Positions 14,120 through 24,229 of a DNA stretch of 64,000 nucleotides are shown here, in pieces; the first letter of the stretch is position 1; every line of letters starts with the position of its first letter. Position numbers and translations under genes: made by a program. The DNA comes from Podarcis cretensis. Taxonomy: Eukaryota. The notes under the pieces were generated by a model, which had not been told where the DNA came from, made no database searches, and saw only the letters and a program-made list of their open reading frames with translations. The stretch lies in assembly GCA_951804945.1 (NCBI GenBank), contig OX638152.1, positions 58,466,001 to 58,530,000 on the forward strand, given 5' to 3'.

Positions 14120-14410
14120 AATACAGCTATCATTTGGAATTCGCATCAACCCAAATATTGTGATGCAGTTCTGCAACCAATATTTTCAAAAATGCAAGTT
14201 GGGCATGCAAATAAATATATTAGTGAAAACAGCATACAAACATGCACTATATTAGTGGAAATTGCTTGCATAAATGTGTACATTAGTAAGAAAAATGCAT
14301 ACAAAAATGCATTCACACTAAAATGCTGGTGAATTTTCATGATTTTTTTCGAATTGCAAATTGCTGTAGAAATGTGAAGAACTGAATTTAAGATTGGAAA
14401 AATTAAACTG
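14120..14410. repeat. AT-rich interspersed repeat with internal ~30-bp degenerate units (ATATTAGTGAAAA..GCATA.AAA)
   Basis: Three to four degenerate units are visible. A similar block occurs in opposite orientation at ~46640-46990. Confidence 0.5.
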
Positions 14411-14905
14411 GCAAGGCTAAAAGAAAAAGCTTTCTACAACTACACCCAGATTATGCCACTTTCCATTAGTTATAGAAAAACATTCCTGTTCTGGCAAGCT
14501 TTAGTTGTGTCAGGCAGAAAGATTTTACATGGTGAGCCCGGTATAGGACTATCTTTTAAAAATATTGTTCAGGTTTTATATTGTCGTTTTATTAGGGGTT
14601 GCAGTATTTTGATCGTTTATAAACCATGCTGATTAATATAAATGCACTAGAAGGATGGGATATAAAACTTTGAATAAATAAATATCTCCGTGGATATGGG
14701 AGTTCAAGCATTAAAAATCTGCTTTCAGCTCTGGTTCACATTCATTGCTATTATATTTTTTAAACACCAACTTTAAAAAAAAACGGGTTCTGTAGCTGGT
14801 TCAGCAACTTTGGTCTGTTTCAGATATTGTCAATTAATATTAATGTCATAAAATGTTACTAATGCAACTTAAGTCCTTTAAAATGAAGAGAAAGATGATT
14901 ATTTA

Positions 14906-15740
14906 ATAGAATTATAGAATCGTAGAATTGGAAGGGACCCCAAGGGTCACCCAGCCCCCTGCAATGCAGGAATCCTAGCTAAAGCATCCGTGACACATGG
15001 CCACCCAACCTCTGCTTAAAAGCATCCAAGGAAGGAGAGTCCACCACCTCCTGAGGGAGACCTGTTCCACTGTCAAGCAGCTCTTACTGTCAGAAAGTTT
15101 TCCCGTATGTTTAGTCTGAATCTCCTTTCTCGTAACCTGAAGCTATTGGTTTGAGTCCTGCCCTCCAGAGGAGGAGAAAACAAGCGTGCTCCTTTTTCCA
15201 TGTGATAGCCCTTGACATATTGGCTATCATTTCTTCTCTCTGTCTCCTCTTTTCCAGGCTAAACATACCCAGCTCCTTCATCATCTTGGTTGCTCTCCTC
15301 TGCACACGTTCTAGCTTGTCAACATCCTTCTTAAAATGTGGCACCCAGAATTGGACACAGTCTTCTAGTATGATCTGACCAAGGCAGAAAAGTGTGATAC
15401 TATTACTTCCCTTGATCTGGACACTATATGTCTGTTAATGCAGCCTGGAATAGCATTAGCTTTTTGTTGTTGCATCACACTGTTGACTCATGTTAAGTTT
15501 GTGGTCCACCAAGACCCCTAGATCCTTTTCACATGTAAGCCAGGCATCCCCTATTTTATATTTGTGCATCTGGTTTTTCCTGCCTAAGTGCGGAACCTTA
15601 TATTTGTCCCTACTGAAATTCATTTTGTTAGCTTGGGCCCAGTTCTCCAATTTATTAAGGTCATTTTGAATTCTGATTCTGCCTTCTGCAGCATTAGCTA
15701 CCCCTCCCAGTCTGCAAATGTGATGAGCACCCCCTCAATT
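14906..15740 (-). mobile_element. CR1 LINE 3' fragment (ORF2 C-terminus and 3' UTR), internally deleted
   Basis: Minus-strand peptides [20 protein letters not shown] and EKDLGVLVDHKLNMSQQCD. (ATTCTATG)-type octamer tail at 14906-14930. Confidence 0.95.
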
Positions 15741-17282
15741 GTCCTCCAGTACAAGCAATATTGGCCAGGTGAACATACTACTTTTTTGTGGAGGAAAAAA
15801 GGTTTTAAAACGAAATAACAAAATGAATGCAAGCGTAGGACAGGGCACTGTCTTGGCACTGCTTATTTTTGATAGCTGTGGAGCAGAGCATGTTCTTCTA
15901 GTCTTTCCTTTCAATCGACTTCATCAGGAGGGAGCCAAAATCCGTGGCCATTTGTGTGGGAAACTTGGCAGGACTGAAATGCAGAAGCCAAGCTATGGAA
16001 TGTGTTTTTCCAACAGCAGCATCTGGGCCCCTGGTTAACTTCCTGATTGATCTCTTGCCTGAGACAAGAAGCCAACCACAATAAATGCAGAAAGTAGTGG
16101 GAAAGAGGTTTGGACATAGCACATATCTTTAAAAATAGCAATGCAAATCCAAAGCATATTGCGAAATAGCATGCAACTTCAAAACTGTTCAGAAATGCAT
16201 CCTCCTGCAGATTGCCATGTGTAATATTCCCCGGTTCATTTCTGTATCAGCTCCAGCAATAAAGCCATAGTCTATAGCTTCATTCAAAGAAACAATCCAG
16301 CAACTTCAAAATATCATTTCAGATGCTTGGATTTTATGCAACTCAGTTTTTGTTGTCTCGTAGTAGTTGTTGGTGGCTGGGTTTGACTTCCAGGCTAATT
16401 TTCTGAAGCACCCATGTCATAAGCATTAGGATATTGAATAATCCATTTTTGGAGGGGAGTGTGTTTTCCCACCATATTATATTATTTCTTTGGAAGCCTT
16501 TTTGTACTGGATATCTACTGAAGCTTTTAAAGTAGAACATTCTGTATTAAATAGTTCCTGTAGCAACATTACAATGTCTACACTCTCTTTACAAATAAAA
16601 ACAAATTTGTCCTTCACTATCCTTTATGTTTCCTAACAAGTTATCTATATCTGTTAGTTCCACAAGGCCCCTAGTGTGCAACTATAGTTTGCTTTTTTTT
16701 TCTGTACTGGGGTCAAGATTTAATGAGGAATATGTGATTCCATGTGTATATATGGTCGTACCTGGCAACAGAAGGGAGTTGGTGTTGGAGTGGTAGATTA
16801 CTTGATCATTGCACAGAATAGATTTCCAATGGGAAGTGTTTATTACATCACATCCAGAACCAACTTTTAGCAAGGCTGAGACAGCCTCTTTTTAAGCCCT
16901 GTATAATAGCCACTCCACCACTTCTTGCGGAAAACATAGAATTCTGTTGACATTTTGCTGGTTGGTGTGAAGGAAAATATGGTGATATGGTTTGTTTGCT
17001 ACTGAAGCTGAGAACAGAAAGAGGAAGGGGATTGCCTGGCTACTCAAAATTGCTTTCTCTTCGATGTATGTCGGGGTGGGATCTTCACTCACAAAAAGAA
17101 AAAAACTGCTGTTTGAGCAGATAATTGACCAGAAGGAAGAGCATTAAGCAATCCCCCTGCCTTTCCTCCTGTCAGATAACCACCTTTGTGAAGGCTGCTT
17201 CTGGTGAAATCAACAACAAAAATGTGAAAGTAAATGGTGGAGGAAATAGTTTGGCCCTTGTTGGCCCTCTCACTCTTACTCC

Positions 17283-17528
17283 AGTCCAGTGTGGTGTAGT
17301 GGTTAAGAGCGATAGACTCGTAATCTGGGGAACCGGGTTCGGGTCTCCACTCCTCCACATGCAGCTGTTGGGTGACCTTGGGCTAGTTACACTTCTTTGA
17401 AGTCTCTCAGCCCCACTCACCTCACAGAGTGTTTGTTGTGGGGGAGGAAGGGAAAGGAGAATGTTAGCCACTTTGAGACTCCTTCGGGTAGCGATAAAGC
17501 AGGATATCAAATCCAAACTCTTCTTCTT
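17283..17528 (+). mobile_element. tRNA-derived SINE (Squam3-like), copy 2
   Basis: Near-identical to the 2864 and 39882 copies, with a short (TTC)n tail. Confidence 0.88.
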
Positions 17529-17535
17529 GTTTTGG

Positions 17536-17537
<2 letters not shown>

Positions 17538-17590
<53 letters not shown>
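17538..17590. repeat. (TG)n(AG)n compound microsatellite
   Basis: Seen directly in the sequence. Confidence 0.95.
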
Positions 17591-17596
<6 letters not shown>

Positions 17597-17647
17597 TGTG
17601 GCTTGGAGGTTGTCATAGGCAGAGGGAAGCATCTGGTAATTCTTCCT

Positions 17648-18547
17648 TTGCGTGGACAGGCGGAGTCCCCAGGTCCCGAGCGCCCCCCCCCCCCGTCATA
17701 TGGAATAACGACTCAAGACAACGTGCTATGGGATTAAATTGGCCACAACTTTATTAAATTTCAAATGTGGGTAGACCTTGGCTCAGGCATTGGGCGTTCT
17801 CCCTCCCCAGTCCCCAGCCGGGGACCTAGGGAGCATCAGGGTTATCCAGTGTGTGTGTGTGGGGGGGATGGGCCGGCTCTGGAGAACATATGTTCAAGCA
17901 GAGATAGCCGCCTCCGTTACGCCGCCGCCGCAGGGGAGAGCAATGACGACCTTTCGGCGTACGGTCAAAGCCTCCCTTCAGAAACCCCTTTAATGGGGAA
18001 CCCTGGTATCGCCGCTGCAAGAGGAAGATGGACAAAAGGATTCTGCCCAAGGCCTGATACCGCCAAAGTTGTGATGTTTTGCTACGGGAAAGGCGAAACC
18101 TGCCAATGCAGGGAAATTCCTTGCCGGCCCTTTGACAGCGACCTTAACGTAGCAGCGCCCGCATACCTGTAAGAAATGTTAACCTGCAAAACCTGTGAAG
18201 AAAAGTTAACCTGCAAAATAAGGCATTAACTGAGGGTGGGTAGGGTGGGAGAAGCTCTGGAGCCAAGTGAGGATTCCCAGGTAAGATCCTCCCTCTATTG
18301 TGTGGGCAGGTAATCCCTCCCCCACCTGGCCTGATCTCCTTGGCAACGCTTCCCCCAGGTGGGATTGGACAACTGACTGGGGTAGGCGGAGACCTCCAGG
18401 TATCCCACCTGAGGGAAGGCAACGCCAAGCCTATGCTGAATGGAGCTGCTCCAGATCCAGGGGCTGCGCGCGTCCACACAAAGGTCGCCCCCCGTTTTAT
18501 GCAGGGAGCGGTCATTCTAGACCCCCTTAGACACCTGCTGTGACAGG
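17648..18547 (-). mobile_element. Non-coding Ngaro/DIRS-related element (putative non-autonomous YR retroelement)
   Basis: GC/CpG-rich island. The minus strand has AATAAAGTTGTGGCC (15/15 identical to 53309-53323) and ends GCCTGTCCACGCAA, versus GCCTGGTCCTGCAA in the YR element. TTTGC direct repeat at 17647-17651 and 18548-18552. Confidence 0.7.
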
Positions 18548-18771
18548 TTTGCAGGGCACTTTGAGGGTAAAGTTGCTTGCATTTGAACCACTCTTGATAC
18601 AGTTCCTAGGGAGATGTCTTGTGTACCATCTGGCTAGAAACTGTTGGCCTAGTTTCAGCTTGGGCAAACTTGGTTGCAGACACCGTGCTTGAATCATGTT
18701 CCTTCCTCTTCACGGCTGATATAGTCTAGCTGGAAAGGGTTAACTGAGTGGGCCCAGCATACGGTAAATGA

Positions 18772-19020
18772 AGCTTTATTTATTTATTCATTCATTCCAT
18801 TCCAGTTATGAATCACTTCCCATAAAACATCACAAAGTGATTTAACAATAAAAACATCAACAATACAAAGTTACATCAGGTTCCTATGTAAAACAATTAA
18901 AACCATTTCATATATGAAATCAATTGCAGATCCAAGGCAGACACAGACTGGGATAAAAACCTCCACTTTGCTTGAGTGAGTGGAGACTGCCATCCTTAAA
19001 GAAGTGGTAGTGCACACTCG
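18772..19020 (-). mobile_element. L2-like LINE 3' end
   Basis: (TTTA)n/(TTCA)n tail followed by degenerate L2-type 3' UTR sequence. Confidence 0.5.
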
Positions 19021-19024
19021 TTCC

Positions 19025-19400
19025 TCAAGAAGTTGTCTCTGGACCCAGAGGTCTATGACAACTACCACCTGGTTGAAATATCCCCTTCTCGGGGAAGTGC
19101 TTGAGAGGAAAATATCCATTCAACTTCAGGTGCTCTTGGAGGATATAGATTATATTGACCCATTTCAGTCTGGATTCAGTCTGGGTTTCAGACTGAACCT
19201 TGGTTGCCCTCATGGATGACCTTTCTTGAGAGAGGAACAGAGGAGTGTGACCCTGTTGCTTCTCCTCGATCTATCAGTGGTATTTGATACTATCAACCAT
19301 GGTATCCTACTGAACCAACTCTGAGGAATGGGAGTCAGAGGCATGGTGATTCAGTTCTGCTCCTACTGGCAGGGTGATATTAGGGGACCGCTGCTCAGTT
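19025..19400 (+). mobile_element. L2-clade LINE reverse transcriptase fragment (decayed)
   Basis: Frameshifted peptides SLDP..DNY, VLER...QLQ..L...DYIDPFQSGF and VTLLLLLDLSVVFDTINHGILL, matching LINE RT domains 0-3. Confidence 0.88.
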
Positions 19401-19759
19401 CATTTTGTCCTCCATGCTGTAGAACATGGACAAAGAATTAGCTGCACGATCTTATACATGTCTACTGAGCAGTAAATTACTCCCAGGTGTGTGGGTGTCG
19501 GTTTGCTGCCTGTCTTGGAGGAACCTGTTTGGAACAAAAGTGGGTTTATTTTGGGGGTGGGGGGTGGGGAGGATGATTTCAGCTTGAACACCTATTAACT
19601 TAAGTGAGTCATGGGAAACTAGAAATTCCATGCTAACACTAATGTCATGCACTGCTCCACATTTTGCAGTCTGATTTCTGAGTTTCCTATATACATATCT
19701 TGTATTTTAAGAATTTAAGTATAATTCAATTGAAAAATGTTCATAATGCCCACTGAAAT

Positions 19760-19760
<1 letters not shown>

Positions 19761-19805
<45 letters not shown>

Positions 19806-19806
19806 C
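19761..19806. repeat. (CAA)n microsatellite (tail of a minus-strand L2 3' end)
   Basis: Seen directly, followed by TTATTATTTATACCCCACCCATCTGGCTG. Confidence 0.9.
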
Positions 19807-20319
19807 TTATTATTTATACCCCACCCATCTGGCTGAGTTCCATGGGAAGACTTCAGATGTTCACAAATGGATTATTGAAGCTGTACTGATTATTTTTCAC
19901 TCTTCCCTGAGAGGAGGACTAAATTTGTTCCTCTCTTCCCTTATACACTTTTCAGCATCAATGTATTCCTTAAAAAACCCAAAAGTATAGGAGAGATTTA
20001 GAGCCATTTGCTCCTAGTCTGACAACACAAAGACCAACAGTAAAAATGAAGGAAACACCTCCATAAAATCCCTTATTGTAGTGACTGCTGAAATGCAATA
20101 CCACCAGACAATTAGACATAGGTGTCTGTGATGTAAACAACACGACACAGAAACATTTTCCCATGGAGGGCAGTCTGGCTGAGGGTAAATAATAAAAAAA
20201 AAGCTGGGACTGTTGAGGAAAATTAAAGAGGGTATATAATAAGAGCAATCATATCAGGTCATGCCAAACTACACATGATATAACTGAGTTAACAGAACCC
20301 TAAAAGGGCACATTGCAAG

Positions 20320-21735
20320 GTCAAAGCACATAAAGCGTTTAAAAATCATATTGTCAGAAAAGCACTGTTTAACGTCTGGATAAGATATAAGGACTTGCTC
20401 GAAAATAAAACCCCAAGGTGGTTGTCACCAATGGAAGCGAAGGCTCAGAAAAAGCTCAATATGGAGGCCAAATGGCTAAAATATTGGGAAATTCTGGAAC
20501 AAGAGGGAGATAGATTAAAACTACAGACTTTTGAAAAACTAAAAGAGTGCGGGATTGGCTCCATTATTATCAAATAATGAAGGCATATAATCTAGACAAA
20601 AAAATTGGCTTCCAGGTGGAAAAATCAAAATTGGAAATAGAGCTGTTAGATCCTAAAAGTAAGAACTTGTCAAGAATGTATAACTTGCTGTTGAAATGGA
20701 ACACTCAGGATGAAATGGTGAAATCAGCTATGATTAAATGGGCACAAGATGTTGGACATAATATTATGATGGCTGACTGGGAACAGTTATGGATCACTGG
20801 TATGAAATTTACAGCATGTAATGCCTTAAGAGAGAATATAATGAAAATGATTTACAGGTGGTACATGGCACCAGTCAAGCTTGCAAAAATTTACCATTTG
20901 CCCGATAATAAATGTTGGAAATGTAAAGAGACTGAAGGCACATTCTTTCACCTTTGGTGGACATGCCCAAGGATTAAGACTTTCTGGGAAATGATCTACA
21001 ATGAAATGAAAAAGGTATTTAAATATACTTTCCTGAAGAAACCAGAGGCCTTTCTCCTGGGCATGGTCGGCCAATTGGTGCCAAAGAAGGATAGAACTTT
21101 CTTTATGTATGCTACAGCAGCAGCAAGAATACTTATTGCAAAGTACTGGAAGACACAAGATCTACCCACCCGGGAAGAATGGCAAATGAAGGTGATGGAC
21201 TTCATGGAACTGGCGGAAATGACTGGCAGAATCCGAGACCAGGGAGAAGAGTCGGTGGAAGAAGATTGGAAGAAATTTAAAGTTTATTTACAGAAACATT
21301 GTAAAATTAAGGAATGTTAGAAGGAGGCTGGAATGAAGTTATGTGGCTTTAGCAGAAATATTATAAAGGATTAAGTAAAAATAGATTGTTAATGGATGAA
21401 AGGAGGAAAGGTAAAGTTACATTATATTAAGATAAATTATAGGATAAAAATTGGGAAAGATGGAAAGGATTTGCTGAAATAGCTAACCGAACTAGAATAC
21501 AAAAAAGGGAGGTGCGAGGAGGTCAAGGAAACAAGTAAATGAAAGATAAGTTATGGGAAGGTTCGTTGTGTTTTTTAATTGTTTCTATTTTTCTGTTTTT
21601 CTGTTTTTTTATAATTCCCCCCCCCTATTCTCTTCTTTCTTTATTGTGATGAGTTATTAAGTTTTTGTTTAACTTGGAATTATCTCTTTTTCTTTTTGTA
21701 ACATTTGAAACTTTAATAAATATTATTTTTTTTAA
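20320..21735 (+). mobile_element. 5'-truncated L1-clade LINE (ORF2 C-terminus, CCHC zinc knuckle, 3' UTR), copy A
   Basis: ORFs 20395-20577 and 20547-21320 separated by one frameshift, with CWKC-x6-FFHLWWTC. AATAAA at ~21715. 18-bp TSD AAAAGGGCACATTGCAAG at 20302-20319 and 21736-21753. Confidence 0.95.
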
Positions 21736-24229
21736 AAAAGGGCACATTGCAAGTCATATGCAAGATCTTAGAAATTGGGTCCACTTCTGGGTGGGGCTGG
21801 GTTGCGGTTGGGCCACCTAGCCTCCTCCTGCCTGAGCATGGGGGCAGGATGGTGTCCCGTGTCCCGCTGGGAGAGACCCTGGCCACGTCAAGCTGCCCGG
21901 CGGCCAATCAGGTCGATTGGGGATGTGGCTGGGGCCAATTTACGCTGCGGCATGACTCTGAGGCTCCCCTTTCAGCCTCACACACAACAACTCAAAGAGT
22001 TTGGCATAACATGTTTGCAGATTTAGTTCTACTTTTTGCCTTATGTCTGGCATATGTGTTTCTGCAGTAAAGACTCATAATTGGCATGATCAGGAGAAAG
22101 AGTCTGGAAAGCTCAGTGTCTGCATAAGCTGGTATATTACAGAATCATGGTGGTTGTGCAGGCCAGGTGCTGAGATAACAAAAATTCTTTTCTTGACTCT
22201 TTGACCATAAAAATGCAAGGGCAATTTCTTCATCTTTCAGAGGATATCAAGATTCTATTTGGTCTCAAATCCTGGTTTTAAAAGGTAACTGAGGTTTGGC
22301 ACAGAAAAACCTCTATAAAAGCTTTATTGGAGGTAAGCAGGGTGTCAAGGACAGAAATATTGTTATAATTTCGCTGTGCAGGAGATGAGGCTTTCCTTAG
22401 TCAATTAAGCTTGTACTTAACTGTATGAATAAAAGCATTCTAACCAGAACTGCGAGCTTTATTTAGGTTAATTGCTAGAGTAATAAACCAATTTGCAGTT
22501 GATAAATTGGGGCAATTTTAATAGGTGCAGCTGAAACATAAAGGGCTGGCTTGTTTATTTTCTGTGTTGTTGTTTTTAAATTCTGTTGTTACTGGAATAG
22601 CAGATGAAAAAACCAACGATGGCTTTTCTCCCTAACACTGAGCCGCAGCATTTGTTTCCTGAATTATGACTTCTGACTTTTCCTTCAGCATCTGAGAAAG
22701 GCACCTGTCCTGTGGTAATATGCACCTGTGGTAACATGCAAATATATTTAATAAATCAATCATTTAGGTGAGATGCTTTAATAAACTAAATGCTCTTTTA
22801 AAAGTTTGAAAAATGTTTCAGGTGGAAACCTTGAAAGCTCAAGTTTTCAGTGTGCAGAATGATAATTTTATTATTTATACCCTGCCCATTCCCCAAAAGC
22901 AGAGTTGGTCAAAATTAATCAAACTTTTTGAGCTCTGCCCTGTTTCCTATTATTCCAGCTGTTTCACACCTTTTTGAGAACAGTAGCAAGGGAAGACTGT
23001 AGTTCTTCAGCATTTAAATCCCATGAGGATACCGTGTACCAGAAGTATGGCTGGCCTGACCCTTGTGCCTTTGAGCCATGATGGGCTCCTAAACTCGTCT
23101 TCTAGAAACTGTTGTGTCCATGCTGAAAGTGGATCAAGTGCTGGCACAATAAACTTTGTTCAGACTGCAAGCTGGGCAATCAGTAAAGTATTTCCAAAAG
23201 ACTCTGCCTGCACAGATCCACTCAAACCGTATTCTCAGCTTCCCTGTTTGTTCCTGTAAACTGTTCCAAAGTTAAATTCAGTTGAAAACGATACCTGTTC
23301 CCCACAGACACTGTGGGCTATGAGCACAAAGGCCTAAGTGCTGCCTGCAGTGTCATCCTAGAAGTCCCTGATGTCAGCTGTAATGGCTGGGGCCTTGGTG
23401 TCCAATTGCACCGGAGGTCTGGAAAAGTTTGGGGCAGCAAAGTAGAACAGCCTCTTGCCACAGAGCATTTCACATATTTTAGTAGGTGAAACAATTGCCT
23501 TTAAATCTTTGCAGAGGGAGGTGTGTCTGTCTGTCTCTCTGTCTCTGTGTGTGTGTGTGTGTTCTGGTATCCGAGTTCAAGACTTTCACAGTTCATGCAA
23601 GCCCTCTTTGGACATTCTTCTCTGGAGTTCAGTAAACATTTGAGAGGGTTGGATTCAGGTGGCAGTGGAGATGATAGTGCTTGTTCCACCTGCCTCACTA
23701 TTCCAGTTGCCCCGATCTGTTGAAGGGGAAACTTCTGAATTGGGAAAGACCTGTACTTGCAGGTGCTTCCTGCATGTTTTTTGGATTCAAGAAAATCAGG
23801 CTTAATTTGATTTAACTGCTAGATAAGTCAACTAAATTTGTAGTCTAAAATGCATGGGGAACTATTGAAGAAGGCTCTCAGATTCAGGTGTTCATTCTCC
23901 AGCTCATAGAGGGCAAATGGAACTGTGACAGGGCTATCATACTTGTTTCTGTTGCTCCCTTCCCCTGTGTTTACTTAACTTCAAAGAAGAATGCCCTTGT
24001 CTTGGATAAAAATCTGTTAGGTTGTTTTTTAAATTTGAATCAAAACCAATCACCTCCTCTCTATAGAAATTTGAACATATTCAATGAGTTTTATAAATAG
24101 TAGAACTTGTGAATGGCAAGACAGAAATCCCATATGCATTTAACCCATTTTTCAAAGACTTTTCAGAACATTTCCCTAACTTATGAGTCTACTTCCCCCT
24201 ATGGAAATCCATTTAAAAACTGAGCTTGT

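Noticed and set aside
17765-18543. Overlapping 70-135 aa ORFs or a host CpG-island promoter
   Set aside because: The ORFs reflect high GC and lack motifs. Shared termini with the YR element and sharp boundaries indicate a mobile element.
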